From the IMG/VR virus record IMGVR_UViG_3300036804_000259, positions 456-64,455 of that record: 64,000 nucleotides of DNA. The stretch is one strand, 5' to 3'. Position 1 is the stretch's first letter, and every line of letters begins with the position of its first letter. Below are positions 47,105 through 57,402 of the stretch, one piece after another. Source of the DNA: a virus (taxonomy: Duplodnaviria; Caudoviricetes). Made by a program: the position numbers and the translations under genes. The notes under the pieces are model-generated. The model worked only from the letters and a program-made list of their open reading frames with translations, did no database searches and had not been told where the DNA came from.

Positions 47105-48934
47105 CTAGGAATCAAGCGACGGATTCCATTTGACTCCGGATTGAGCACCACGCTCGATAACGCCGACTACTTTGGCTTGCCGGCGTGGCAATGTGCGGCC
47201 GAACATCCTTGCTCGTTCTGGCCCTAATATCCGGACTCGATGTAAGAGCATCACTAGCGCGTCGGCCCGGTCCGGCGACCAGCCGTGAAGCGCCTTGAAT
47301 TCTTTCTTGGGCTGGATCCGTGTCCGCGCTAAATCCGTTGGCCCTTTGCCGCCGAGTTGATAGGTGCGCAAGGTCATCTCTCTGAAAAGCTTGTCCGTGT
47401 CTAGGGTTGGACTGGTTTTGATGAACTCGAACTCGATATACTTGCGCAGCGCCCAGTGCATTTCGGTCGCCAAGTTCTCGTACTCTTCGATTGGAGTAGT
47501 CGAGTCATCCTCGAGGATCTTTTTCTCAGTCGGCCCTTCACCCCAATTGATTCCTACTACCTCCGGATCCCAGAGCGTCATCAGTGAATCGTGGAGTCCG
47601 GTTCCGATAGCGGTTTTATCAACCACGAACCACTCAGGTGAAATCGCCAATCGTTTGCAATAGTCGATGACATTCTCTGCCTGCTGAATCGTGCGGACCT
47701 TTGCCAGTGTGAAAAATTGGTCGATCTGCAAACAATATCGGGACTTCTCAAAATAGCGGACCGCTCCGGTTTGATCGCGCCAACCGCTAGCCAACCCGTA
47801 TCTGCCTGCGCATAAAACGCATTCATCGCCTGGGCTTTCGAATGCGACGTCTAAACTTCCGCACGGCACCACCCTGCCGACAAATAAGAGTGTACCAACC
47901 AACGTGTCTAAATACGAGAGCGGAATCAGCGCGTTGTTGACGCCCTCTAAACTGTACATGCCCCTGGCTAGCGTCCAATAGTCAGGCGAATTGCCTCCGC
48001 CTTTGAGCCGGAGATTCTCGAAGCCTGAGAAGGTCATGAAGCCGGAATAGATGACCCGGCGTTCACGCACATTTTCTAGGTCTACGCCGTCGATGCGCTG
48101 AACGAGCCAGCCTTCCTTGCTCACCCATTTTTTATCAATATCCGCCTTGATCCGGTTCCACCCCTGAACCGGCATCGCGTAACTAGCCAAAGGCGATAGA
48201 ACGTTGTGAGGATTGGTTGCCGCGACCACTTTGATGAGGTCGGTGCCCTCCATAGAGAGCAACATGTTTTGCACGCCGCGCCACAAACCCAAGGGCACTT
48301 CCTCGGCTTCGTCGACTAGAGCTCGTACGCGACCGACTGTTCCGAAAATCGGATCTGGCGCCGAGCGAGGAATCGGATGGAAGCCCTGTAGTGCGGCCCT
48401 GCCGGACTCACCAGCCGGGATCGATACTCGGCTAATGCCGGCGTGCCGGTTCGCACTATCGAGGCCTATAAAGCCATCTATGCGAATGCCCGGTAACTTA
48501 ATCCGGCTCTTTGCGTGCAGGTTTGCGAAGGTTGAAAAGATATTGGATTTGGCGTGGCCGGCGGTGCTGGAAATGATCTTCGTATTCGTGAAGGCCGGAT
48601 CTCTCAGATAATCCAAAAGGAACCAGGCCGCAGAGCTGTACGATTTGCCGGCGGATCCGCAGCCCAAAAAAATGACCTTCGCTTCAGCATGAATCGTGTG
48701 CCAGATGAGCCGCACACATTCGGGCCGCGAATCGAATAATTCCTGGGGCCATATGAGACGAGCGACCGCAGCGAGCAAATTCGCACGCAATAGGCGCCAC
48801 ACTACTGCCCAGAGAAATGCGTCGGCTTGTGCTAGAACCTCACAACTGGGCTCTAGTTTTCGCACAGCTGCGAGCCGCTCTTCGTCGCTCCCAGTCCCGA
48901 GCGTTTCTTGGAGTTGATCAACTAGCCGGTCCAA
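47105..48934 (-). CDS. terL: terminase large subunit
   Basis: Walker A GCGSAGKS, Walker B LVDEAEE, ATNP coupling motif, nuclease LDVA..GD, VVDKTAIG.G, SPDRADA. Confidence 0.88.
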   Translation of the reverse strand: MDRLVDQLQETLGTGSDEERLAAVRKLEPSCEVLAQADAFLWAVVWRLLRANLLAAVARLIWPQELFDSRPECVRLIWHTIHAEAKVIFLGCGSAGKSYSSAAWFLLDYLRDPAFTNTKIISSTAGHAKSNIFSTFANLHAKSRIKLPGIRIDGFIGLDSANRHAGISRVSIPAGESGRAALQGFHPIPRSAPDPIFGTVGRVRALVDEAEEVPLGLWRGVQNMLLSMEGTDLIKVVAATNPHNVLSPLASYAMPVQGWNRIKADIDKKWVSKEGWLVQRIDGVDLENVRERRVIYSGFMTFSGFENLRLKGGGNSPDYWTLARGMYSLEGVNNALIPLSYLDTLVGTLLFVGRVVPCGSLDVAFESPGDECVLCAGRYGLASGWRDQTGAVRYFEKSRYCLQIDQFFTLAKVRTIQQAENVIDYCKRLAISPEWFVVDKTAIGTGLHDSLMTLWDPEVVGINWGEGPTEKKILEDDSTTPIEEYENLATEMHWALRKYIEFEFIKTSPTLDTDKLFREMTLRTYQLGGKGPTDLARTRIQPKKEFKALHGWSPDRADALVMLLHRVRILGPERARMFGRTLPRRQAKVVGVIERGAQSGVKWNPSLDS

Positions 48935-48977
48935 TAAGGCTTTGTCTCACTAGGCAAGAATTGAGACAAGACCAGAT

Positions 48978-50348
48978 CTAGGTAGTGATAACCACAACTA
49001 AGCCATTTGCTCCGTTGCCACCCGCGCCAGAACCGGGACAGGTTGCTGCTAATCCACCACCACCGCCGCCGCCGCCACCACCGTAGCTGCCACCTAGACC
49101 ACCGTTACCACCGGCAGTTCCCGCTGTAGTTGAAGAACCACCACCACCGCCGCCAGCACCGCCAGCATAGAGGCCATTAGGAGCAGCATTCCCGTTATTG
49201 CCGGGGCCGTGATTTACGCCTCCAGAAGATGAACCGCCACTAGTAGATAAAAGGAAATAAGGAACATCCGCACCTGAGCCGCCACCGTGTTCTGAAGGCG
49301 TCGTTCCGATTCCAGCTCCACTACCGCCTCCACCGGGACCGCCTTGGACTTGAGCAGCATTAGATCCGCCGATCCCTGCCGTACCAGGTGTTAATGCCGA
49401 AGCACCAGTCCCTCCAACAAATAAACCGCCGACACTTCCTGCCCCACCATTAGCCGTAGCGCTAGTGCCACCCGAACCAAAGGAACCACCGCTACCAACA
49501 CACCAAGCTAAGAGATTCGCTCCAAAGCGGCTAAAACTTCCCGATGTCCCATTGTTACCATTACCGGCGGCAGTAACCGCGGCTCCGCCTATACCACCGG
49601 CTGATACTACTAGAGCCACCGTAGCAGGCACCAGAGAAGCTGGAACCCGAATATAAGCATAACCACCGCCTCCTCCGCCCCCACCGCCGCCTGCTGCTGT
49701 CCCACTAGCCTGGAAAGCGCCAGAACCACCTCCGCCGCCTCCGCCGATACAGATGATTTCCACCATCTTTGGGATGAAGCTAGTGGGCTTAGTCCAAGTA
49801 AAACTGCCCGGCGTCGAAAACACTTGGACATCGACAGATCCGACTGGAACCCACGATCCTGACTGCCGGGCGTATCGGTTGCCGTCAGAAGGTGCATCGA
49901 TTTGGATCGGTGCCTTTGTCCAAGCGCCAAGTGTCCGTGAGTAAAGGCTAGTGTCTACTGCGTCGGCCTGGACGGCGCTCTTGGCCCAGGCTCCATTCTT
50001 GCGAGTATAGAGATTGCCATCAGAAGGCGCATCGCTTGCAATCGGAGGGGGTGGAAAAACGATCCGGCTCCATGATTGATTTTCCCGAGCGTAAGGAGTT
50101 CCATCGCTCGGAGCGTCGACCGTGATAGGCGAGGTAGGGACTGGAGCCCAGGCTTGGTTTTGGACGCCGTAAAATTGGCCGTCGCTCGGCGGCAGCGCAT
50201 CTTGCGCGGACGTAGGTGGGGCAGGATAATTCTCTCTCCGCGCTGAGCCTGGCTGCATCCGGTAGGCTACTTTCAGGATGCCGTCCGCAGCCCACATCTT
50301 GCCGTCTGCGCCAGTGTAAAGCACCAATGGCCTGGGAGGGTTTGCCAT
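48978..50348 (-). CDS. fibre protein with DAPSDG repeats and glycine-rich C-terminal domain
   Basis: DAPSDG..YAR....W repeated about 5 times; FSTPGSFTWTKP, IGGGGGGGSG, GGNGANGLVVVIT. Confidence 0.8.
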   Translation of the reverse strand: MANPPRPLVLYTGADGKMWAADGILKVAYRMQPGSARRENYPAPPTSAQDALPPSDGQFYGVQNQAWAPVPTSPITVDAPSDGTPYARENQSWSRIVFPPPPIASDAPSDGNLYTRKNGAWAKSAVQADAVDTSLYSRTLGAWTKAPIQIDAPSDGNRYARQSGSWVPVGSVDVQVFSTPGSFTWTKPTSFIPKMVEIICIGGGGGGGSGAFQASGTAAGGGGGGGGGGYAYIRVPASLVPATVALVVSAGGIGGAAVTAAGNGNNGTSGSFSRFGANLLAWCVGSGGSFGSGGTSATANGGAGSVGGLFVGGTGASALTPGTAGIGGSNAAQVQGGPGGGGSGAGIGTTPSEHGGGSGADVPYFLLSTSGGSSSGGVNHGPGNNGNAAPNGLYAGGAGGGGGGSSTTAGTAGGNGGLGGSYGGGGGGGGGGLAATCPGSGAGGNGANGLVVVITT

Positions 50349-50399
50349 GGGCTTCGAGCATACGCGCCTAAGACTCAGAAGGCGAGTGCGTTTTGCATG

Positions 50400-50618
50400 T
50401 CACTCGTAGTCGACGATCGCTTTGCACTCCCAGCAAATCAGAGCGCAATACTTTTGCGGTTCGGTCTTTACAAATGGCCAGCGCCTCATAAAGCATAGCT
50501 TCCATCGGCCACGCTGAATCTGGCCCCGCAAAAACGGTCTGAACGGTTCAACTCCGCACTTTGGACAGACCTTGATCGGGCTCGGCAAGCCCTCAAGCAA
50601 AGAGGATTCAATTGGCAT
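50400..50618 (-). CDS. zinc-binding hypothetical protein
   Basis: CPKC...CWEC. Confidence 0.6.
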   Translation of the reverse strand: MPIESSLLEGLPSPIKVCPKCGVEPFRPFLRGQIQRGRWKLCFMRRWPFVKTEPQKYCALICWECKAIVDYE

Positions 50619-50999
50619 TTACGCAGTTGACCTTCCGCCCTTGAAAGCGTCTCGGGTCCATTGTTTGAGTTGGCCCAAGTCGAACTTGATCGGCAGTTTC
50701 GGGACTCGAGCACACTGGCTTTTCCACCACGTCTCGAACTCGGCCTCGATCTCTAGCCCTCCTTCGGCGTCGAGCTGGGGCCGCTCCCGTTGCCAGTTGC
50801 GTTCTTCCATCTGCACGGCAATAAACTCGCGCATCACCTGAATCGCGTCGGCTCGTTCAACCGTCGACAAATAGAGCAAGGTCTGATCCGGTCCCATCCT
50901 GGATACTAACAATACAAATTGGAAGCCTGCCGGGAGCTGTTTCTTTAGGCCGCGCCCGATCTCTTGCAGGTTGGCTCTAACTTCGTCTTCTGCGCTCAT
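50619..50999 (-). CDS. hypothetical protein
   Basis: Abutting ORF; F.LLV...Y.ST..R.D. Confidence 0.7.
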   Translation of the reverse strand: MSAEDEVRANLQEIGRGLKKQLPAGFQFVLLVSRMGPDQTLLYLSTVERADAIQVMREFIAVQMEERNWQRERPQLDAEGGLEIEAEFETWWKSQCARVPKLPIKFDLGQLKQWTRDAFKGGRSTA

Positions 51000-51000
51000 A

Positions 51001-51216
51001 TCAATTGAACCCGGTTATCCAACGGCGCACCGAGTCAGCACTGTTCAAGTGGCCGTTTAGCAACAGCTGCATGCCTAGCTCAACGCCAGCATGGTGATTA
51101 GTTTCCTCGTGTTTGCTCATGTCGCTCATCATTGAGGCGACCGCGTTCTCCGGATCGGTTGGCAGATATTCCAATGCTCGCTCTTTGCACCAAGCTAAGT
51201 GTTCGGCTCTACTCAT
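51001..51216 (-). CDS. hypothetical phage protein
   Basis: RAEHLAWCKERALEY...ASMMSDMSKHEET..H. Confidence 0.7.
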   Translation of the reverse strand: MSRAEHLAWCKERALEYLPTDPENAVASMMSDMSKHEETNHHAGVELGMQLLLNGHLNSADSVRRWITGFN

Positions 51217-51361
51217 GTCGTTCTAAAAGTAGGATCAAGAGGCTGAGAAACAGGCCGAGCAAGAGACGGGCACATCCGCAGCCTCTTTGGATAACGTTTA
51301 TTTTCTCATCGCCTTCACCGCCGTAGTGAGATGCCCAAGGTGCGCTACTCATTGTCTCCGC

Positions 51362-51730
51362 TCATACTTCGCGCCCTGACTCAATTTCGAAAGTTTCATC
51401 CCACTTGCCTGATTCCTGCGCGGACTTTAAAACTTCATCTCCGATTTTTCTCCAGTCCTTTTCCGCTAGGTCTTTGTGTTTTTCACCGGTTGTTAACCAG
51501 ACAAATCCCGCTCCGTCGGACAGTCCCAGTGGATCAACAGTCGCGCCGAGGATGATATGAAAAAACATTTCGCCGGCCTCGTACTCAGTGAGAATCGGAC
51601 AGAACCCTGTCCTTCGGCGCACATCCTGGTTCAGCATCATAGCGATGTTCTCAATCTCCTTTTCTAGATGAAACGCATGGAGCCAAAACTGGATCTCCTT
51701 TTTCCCCTTAACTGGCATTTTTATTAGCAT
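51362..51730 (-). CDS. hypothetical protein
   Basis: 122 aa ORF. Confidence 0.55.
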   Translation of the reverse strand: MLIKMPVKGKKEIQFWLHAFHLEKEIENIAMMLNQDVRRRTGFCPILTEYEAGEMFFHIILGATVDPLGLSDGAGFVWLTTGEKHKDLAEKDWRKIGDEVLKSAQESGKWDETFEIESGREV

Positions 51731-52097
51731 CTTTGATGACCTTGCGTCCTGCGATGATAGCTGATTCGATGTCTTTTCCTTTGCGCAGAGCTCTGCCGAT
51801 CACCATGCCGGCTGAGAGCAATGTATCGGGAGAAATGTCGCCGTAATCGCGACCGAAGATCGGATGCTCGGCCTCTGGGTAGAGCTTCATTGCTCGCTCT
51901 CGCGTCTCGCGATCGACCTCGCCAAAAAACCAGCCGATATTGCTCAGCTGAATTGCTTTAGCTTCGCCGTAATTCATGAGCGGAACTTCTTTTTGGCAGC
52001 GTTTAATCAGCTCTTCTAAAGTCTGATCCGCCTCTTCCTGAGTCTGAACGTTGACCGCTTTCCACAATGCTTCCCAATAAGGAGTCAGTTCCGGCAT
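51708..52097 (-). CDS. hypothetical protein
   Basis: Start at MPELTPY. Confidence 0.6.
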   Translation of the reverse strand: MPELTPYWEALWKAVNVQTQEEADQTLEELIKRCQKEVPLMNYGEAKAIQLSNIGWFFGEVDRETRERAMKLYPEAEHPIFGRDYGDISPDTLLSAGMVIGRALRKGKDIESAIIAGRKVIKDANKNAS

Positions 52098-52140
52098 GTG
52101 ACCAATAGCCGACAGCCAATTAAAACAGGCAAGCAAAAAA

Positions 52141-55100
52141 TTAGACCGGCGATCCCGCCAGGATATAGTTCGGGCCACCGCTATAAAGAGCGGTGCTATT
52201 GTCGCCTAGATACAGCAGATCCGACAGGGCGCTGTAGGCGACGACGTACCATAGATCCGTCGCATCAGCTTGGTAAATCTCGTAGTGCTTCATCCGGTAG
52301 GCGGCGACTCGAGCCAGTTGCGCGGCAAGTATGGTCGCATTAACCGGAGTAGCGTTCGGCGGGTTGTTTACGTAATTCCACCAAGGGACTTGTCCATTAT
52401 TGGGAGGCGCTTTGCCGGCGTTATTCCGATAAGTCGTGTCGCCCGAATTCCACCAGGTTGATTGCCCTCCAATATCGCCCAGAGGCATCGCCTCATATAG
52501 AATCTGAAAATTGCTGCCCCAGGCCTGCGCCGGGAAAGGTATTATCGCATTCAGTTGGTTCTTGCCGGCGCGAAATCTTTTGCCGAGTAACTGGTAAGCC
52601 TGCTGAATGATTTTCTCGCAACAGTAATCAGCGACCGCATACTTCGGGTTAGGGAGAATCCCGTTATCGGTCGGATCAAGGGTTCCATTCCGGCCGCAAG
52701 CGTTATACACAATCGCGTTCGGAAACGCGTCTGCCAGATGTTGAATATCGCTTACGACCGTGTCGATGAGGCGCTGGCTTGTGTAGCCGTAATTGCGCAC
52801 CCAATTTTGACAATCAACGGCCAGGTGCGGAACGCCCCAATCGCCCGAGCTATAGGTGGCGCCGGCAATTGCAAAGATTTTGATATTCGGGACCGCGGCA
52901 TAGCGTTGGCCAAGCATGTCGTACATGTTCCAGAGCAGCGGTTGCACCTGCGGATCCCAATAAGGCCAGAGCGGCTTCTGCGGCGACGCCGAAGGATAAA
53001 ACCATTGCACCGGCAAATTTTTCAACCAACTCGGTTGACCGCTTTGCACCAATATTCGCAACTCCACATCCAGGCCGGCGGCAACGGCCCGATCAATTTC
53101 CGAATCCAGAAAATCGTAATTAAAATTACCTTGGGAGTACTCTAATTGGCTCCAAGTTTGCCGGAGCGAAATGCCGGCTAACACGCTTCGAACAGGGTCA
53201 GTGAAAATTCTTGGATCCGCCGGGACGCCTACTTGGCCTAAAGAATAAAACTCAGTCTGACACAACGGCCAAAGCTCGCCGGCACCGCTATGCGCCCCGG
53301 TCCAATACATCGGGCCGGGCACAATGATTTGCGCTTGTGCCAGGGTCGACTCGACCGCGGCTAGCCGGCCGCTAGGAATGATTACTCCTCCCGTTATGCT
53401 CGGTGCCGAACAACTAGTAAATTCAACTGCAATCAGATCGGCGTTGACAGGCACAGTGACTAAGGCCGCGCTCTTGGTGTTTTCGATCGCGGTTAGGAGG
53501 ACAGCTTCGATCCGTTGGGAAAGAGCAGGAGTCGAGCTCTTAGTGTTCTCGGTGGCCAGCACGGCTAGATAGACATTGACCAGATCCATGTCATAGGGCT
53601 CGCCTCTTACGCAGCCGTAGCCGGTCAATACGGCGACGGTTGCTGCCCAAACCGGGAACGGATTCGAGTAAGGGACTCCGCCATTGGCTGTATAGGGGCC
53701 TTGGGCGCTGGCGGTTGATTCGGGCGAGTATTGGCCAGTAGAATCGTATGCGTACCAAGCCCATTGACCGTTTAACATCGATCCCGCTGGGATAGTGCCA
53801 GTCGTACCGCTGGTATTGCTTGAGCCAGCGACCGTTTGAGCAGGAAGATAAAATGAACTGCCGTCCTGCCCCGCCAATGCGGTGGCGACACTTGGCGTCT
53901 GCGCATTGAATGTGTCTTTCTCTATCGCAAATTTCCCTGCCGGTATATTCGCATAAGCCCATTGAGCGATTCTGGTGGCGGCGTGGTATTGGAAAGTGGT
54001 GCCGGGCAAATTACCGTCCCAAGATTTAAAGGCGATGATCAGGGAAGCGTAACCTGCACTCCCTTGGCCAAAGGTTGCGGAAATGGGAGCCGCTGATGCC
54101 GGTAAAATGAATTGAGTTGCCAGAGTATTGTGACTCTGAAAGGTCCAGCCTGCTTCTCCGGTTAAAGGGGCAGCACCAGCCAGAGCGGCCAAGACTAAAT
54201 CACTAGCAAAAGCGGGAGTAATCGTCGGTGTTGTTACCGTAGTAGTCGTCCCGCCGTTATTGGTATTCGCTACATCCCAAAAGGGGATTGGCGGTCCAGA
54301 AAATTCGTAATAAGAAAAGTTAACAGCGCCGCTAGCTGCGGCCAGGGCCATGGTAACTGTTAGCTTCCCGGCTACCTGATTTTGTAAGTAATAGCAAGCC
54401 AAGGTCCGATTTTGGGCCTGGATGATACCTCCTTGCAGCCACTGGACATTATTTAGATTATCGGTGAAACCTGTAATCGAAGCGGCGGAGCTGCTAATAT
54501 TTAAAAAAATAATTAGGAGGCTTCCCACGGCTACATTGTTGCTGAAAGTACAGGTGTAAGGATTACTGCCGGCGGGAACTAATGCGCCGGCTTGAAGTTG
54601 ACTCCATTTTGTCTGGGCCTGATTAGGATAAGGGTCTAGGGTTCCAGTCCGGCCAACCTCCTGGTTAATCACCTGGTTAGGAAAAGCGGCATGCGCGACT
54701 GCCAGGATGTTAGTAACTGCGTTAACAAACTTAGTCGTCGTGTAGCCGTAAACGGGACCGGTAAGGTTAGCCACATCGTTAACCGTAAAGACCGTGCCGC
54801 TATTGATGGTTCCGCTAGAAGCGTTGCCGTTGATTCCGAGGTTCTTGATCGTGACTGTGTAAGGCGCAGCCGATCCAGTGACCGCAGTAACCTGGAACCA
54901 GCCAAAGCCGGGAAGTGTTCCTACCCAATTTTTAAACGGCGCCGTAGCGGAGGTGGTGGTGCCGGTGGCGCCAAAGGCTGGACAAGTCAGGCTTTGGGTC
55001 AGGGTCCAACTCGTCGTTGCGTTGGGCACGGTCCAGTCGCCACTGCCTTTTTGTGCCGCATTGCAATCAAACACAGTAACCCTGGGATTACTCGCGTAAC

Positions 55101-55470
55101 GAGTGCCCATCGCTTGAATGATCGCCGTCAGTGCGGCGACGTAATTCGCGTCCCACCAGATCGGATAGTTACTACCGTCGCTACCGACATAGACGACACA
55201 CTGACTCCTGACCCAGCCTGGGGTATCGGCACCGACTAGGAGCCGGAGCCAGCAATTGATGCCAAGGGATTGAGCTTGAGCAAGTGCAGAATCGAAAAAG
55301 CCCCAGTCGTAGCTGCCATCAGTGGGATCGTTGGTGAATCCACCGCCCGCCGGCGCATTAGGCTGAGTCTGATTAAAGGCTTGGCGATAACTTCCTTCTG
55401 TGATTCCCGGCTTAATCGCCGAAGGAGTCACTAGTGTTGCTACCCCATTAGGAAGATCAGCGAGGATCAC
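52141..55470 (-). CDS. large virion-module protein with two GH42/GH35-like glycoside hydrolase barrels
   Basis: GSYDWGFFDS..A...G....LR....TPGWV..PIWWD and W..LE..QGNFNYDFLD..A...GL.V.LR....PSWL..PYWD. Confidence 0.65.
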   Translation of the reverse strand: MILADLPNGVATLVTPSAIKPGITEGSYRQAFNQTQPNAPAGGGFTNDPTDGSYDWGFFDSALAQAQSLGINCWLRLLVGADTPGWVRSQCVVYVGSDGSNYPIWWDANYVAALTAIIQAMGTRYASNPRVTVFDCNAAQKGSGDWTVPNATTSWTLTQSLTCPAFGATGTTTSATAPFKNWVGTLPGFGWFQVTAVTGSAAPYTVTIKNLGINGNASSGTINSGTVFTVNDVANLTGPVYGYTTTKFVNAVTNILAVAHAAFPNQVINQEVGRTGTLDPYPNQAQTKWSQLQAGALVPAGSNPYTCTFSNNVAVGSLLIIFLNISSSAASITGFTDNLNNVQWLQGGIIQAQNRTLACYYLQNQVAGKLTVTMALAAASGAVNFSYYEFSGPPIPFWDVANTNNGGTTTTVTTPTITPAFASDLVLAALAGAAPLTGEAGWTFQSHNTLATQFILPASAAPISATFGQGSAGYASLIIAFKSWDGNLPGTTFQYHAATRIAQWAYANIPAGKFAIEKDTFNAQTPSVATALAGQDGSSFYLPAQTVAGSSNTSGTTGTIPAGSMLNGQWAWYAYDSTGQYSPESTASAQGPYTANGGVPYSNPFPVWAATVAVLTGYGCVRGEPYDMDLVNVYLAVLATENTKSSTPALSQRIEAVLLTAIENTKSAALVTVPVNADLIAVEFTSCSAPSITGGVIIPSGRLAAVESTLAQAQIIVPGPMYWTGAHSGAGELWPLCQTEFYSLGQVGVPADPRIFTDPVRSVLAGISLRQTWSQLEYSQGNFNYDFLDSEIDRAVAAGLDVELRILVQSGQPSWLKNLPVQWFYPSASPQKPLWPYWDPQVQPLLWNMYDMLGQRYAAVPNIKIFAIAGATYSSGDWGVPHLAVDCQNWVRNYGYTSQRLIDTVVSDIQHLADAFPNAIVYNACGRNGTLDPTDNGILPNPKYAVADYCCEKIIQQAYQLLGKRFRAGKNQLNAIIPFPAQAWGSNFQILYEAMPLGDIGGQSTWWNSGDTTYRNNAGKAPPNNGQVPWWNYVNNPPNATPVNATILAAQLARVAAYRMKHYEIYQADATDLWYVVAYSALSDLLYLGDNSTALYSGGPNYILAGSPV

Positions 55471-55471
55471 T

Positions 55472-56998
55472 TTAGGAAATGCTTGAGATTAATATCGGCA
55501 TCACGCTCCCTGGCACCAGTTGCGGTTCAGCTCCATTGGTCACTTGAACCGGCGTTGCTAGTTGCCCATATTCCCACAGATTACCTGCTCCGGTTGCCGG
55601 ACTATCGCTAACCGCCCAGGCGTTCCAAGTTTCGTTTCCGTTGCCCAGAGGACCGAATACGATCGCGCTTCCCCATGGATCCTGGGATTGGCCAGGATTT
55701 AAGCTCGACATCGGGATAAGACCGACCGCGACCATGGCGCAATTGACGGCGCTCGCTAGCACACAAGGAGCAGCCGTGTAGGCACCATCGGTTGCATTGG
55801 GACCGAGTTGAAGTTCGAAAAATCCTTGGCCCGCGCTGGTAACGCTTCCTTCCAGGGTCCAACCGGAATTAGTTGCCAAGGCTACGTTTGCGGCGTAAAC
55901 GCCGACTGCGATGATCTCTCCTGAGATCCCTGGATTGAGTACAATCGTCGGATTGGTCGTCTCATTAGTGCTGGTAAACTGCGCCACCGCCAAGCTCGCC
56001 CAATCAATATCATCGACATTCTGCCACTCTTCGTAGGCAACGAAAGGATGGTTGACCGTGGCACTGAAAGTGATCGTGATCGTGATTGTGGGATTAGTAT
56101 CGGCAAGGATCGATCGACAATAGACCAACGAGGTCATGAGGTTGCCAGCCGAAGCCGATTGCGTAAGCAGAGTTTGGTACTGGTTGCCGTTGTTATCACT
56201 GATCCCGGTAATGGTGACCCCATTCATCTGCCAGCCAATATTGAGCAAGAGTAAATCGCCATCCGTCGATGGTTTATCTAAAGTCAGTACGAGGCTCGCA
56301 CTGGAAGCGGTAGCTTTTGAATCAGACTGAATCTTGAGCGGATTTAACAGCGGATTCCACCTATTGGTGCCCTGGCCAATGTTCAGGAGTTGGCGTTGAT
56401 AAGCCGGCATCTGAGATTCAGTGCCTCCGCCGACTGGAGTCGGACTAGCCTTGTAGCCGCCGATATAGTACGCACTCGGGACAATCAAACCTGCACCGCC
56501 AAAGAGTGCATTCAGGATGTTCTTAGCGGCGTAATCGCTGTATCCGCCATTGGATGAGCACAACGTTTGAAGCACCAGATTAGCGATCGGAATGTTGTAG
56601 ACCGTGCCGGCACTGATAATGGGTTGGCTGGCGCTCGGGATCGCCCAAAAGAGCCAGAGATTCCCGCCGCCTAGCACACTGGCGTCATTATCATAAAAAC
56701 CAACCCCGGTAAGGGTTTGGTTAGCTCCGGTGCCGCCGGCCGGGAACGGGATAGCAATTGCGTTACTCGAACTAACCGTGCCGCTCGAACCGCTGGCCGC
56801 ACTAAAACTAGTGTTGTTGTTAGCTATGAGCACTCGCCCATAGCCAGGATAGTTGGCTTCTATCGGACTAAAGCCGCCTGGCTGCGCAGCGGTTGAAAAT
56901 GCGGCTACTCGCCAAGTCGTCGGAATGCCAGAGGGCCGGCCTCCTTTGAGCGCATTCAGAATCCGCAGTTGAGCATAGTTAGTAAGACCGCCTATCAT
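55472..56998 (-). CDS. virion structural protein with duplicated domain and insertion
   Basis: TNYA...ILNAL...GYGR...I.FP...GNLW domain twice. Confidence 0.65.
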   Translation of the reverse strand: MIGGLTNYAQLRILNALKGGRPSGIPTTWRVAAFSTAAQPGGFSPIEANYPGYGRVLIANNNTSFSAASGSSGTVSSSNAIAIPFPAGGTGANQTLTGVGFYDNDASVLGGGNLWLFWAIPSASQPIISAGTVYNIPIANLVLQTLCSSNGGYSDYAAKNILNALFGGAGLIVPSAYYIGGYKASPTPVGGGTESQMPAYQRQLLNIGQGTNRWNPLLNPLKIQSDSKATASSASLVLTLDKPSTDGDLLLLNIGWQMNGVTITGISDNNGNQYQTLLTQSASAGNLMTSLVYCRSILADTNPTITITITFSATVNHPFVAYEEWQNVDDIDWASLAVAQFTSTNETTNPTIVLNPGISGEIIAVGVYAANVALATNSGWTLEGSVTSAGQGFFELQLGPNATDGAYTAAPCVLASAVNCAMVAVGLIPMSSLNPGQSQDPWGSAIVFGPLGNGNETWNAWAVSDSPATGAGNLWEYGQLATPVQVTNGAEPQLVPGSVMPILISSIS

Positions 56999-57000
56999 TG

Positions 57001-57396
57001 CTAGACCTCCAAAAGTATGAGTGATCCTGGGTTAAAGATCAGTTGCGCGGTAGCAAGGACGGGTTGCTGCAACTCGGCTTTTAAGTCGTTATAAATCCAG
57101 AGATTGCCTTGCATATAGTTCGGATTATCTGCTAATCCGAACGTCGTGATCGGCACTCCGTTAGCCCACATCTGCGTGGCTTTCGGATAAATAATTTGGT
57201 TCAGGTTATAGGTTTGACCGTTGGCCGGCGGATTCCACGCGTTGAGGCCTAAAGGCAAACGCCCGTAGCCATAACCAAATGGAATCTCGTTCCCGAATCC
57301 GGTGGCGCCTCCATTGGAAGTGAAAATCGCGAGCCAGAGATTATTGGTATTGAGCAGCTGCAATACCAGGTTGGAAAAGTAGACCCCCTTTGGCAT
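57001..57396 (-). CDS. virion structural protein (single copy of the same domain)
   Basis: LWLAIFT...E...GYGR...N...IIYPKAT..W..ITTFGLAD...GNLW. Confidence 0.7.
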   Translation of the reverse strand: MPKGVYFSNLVLQLLNTNNLWLAIFTSNGGATGFGNEIPFGYGYGRLPLGLNAWNPPANGQTYNLNQIIYPKATQMWANGVPITTFGLADNPNYMQGNLWIYNDLKAELQQPVLATAQLIFNPGSLILLEV

Positions 57397-57402
57397 TGGG
57401 CT

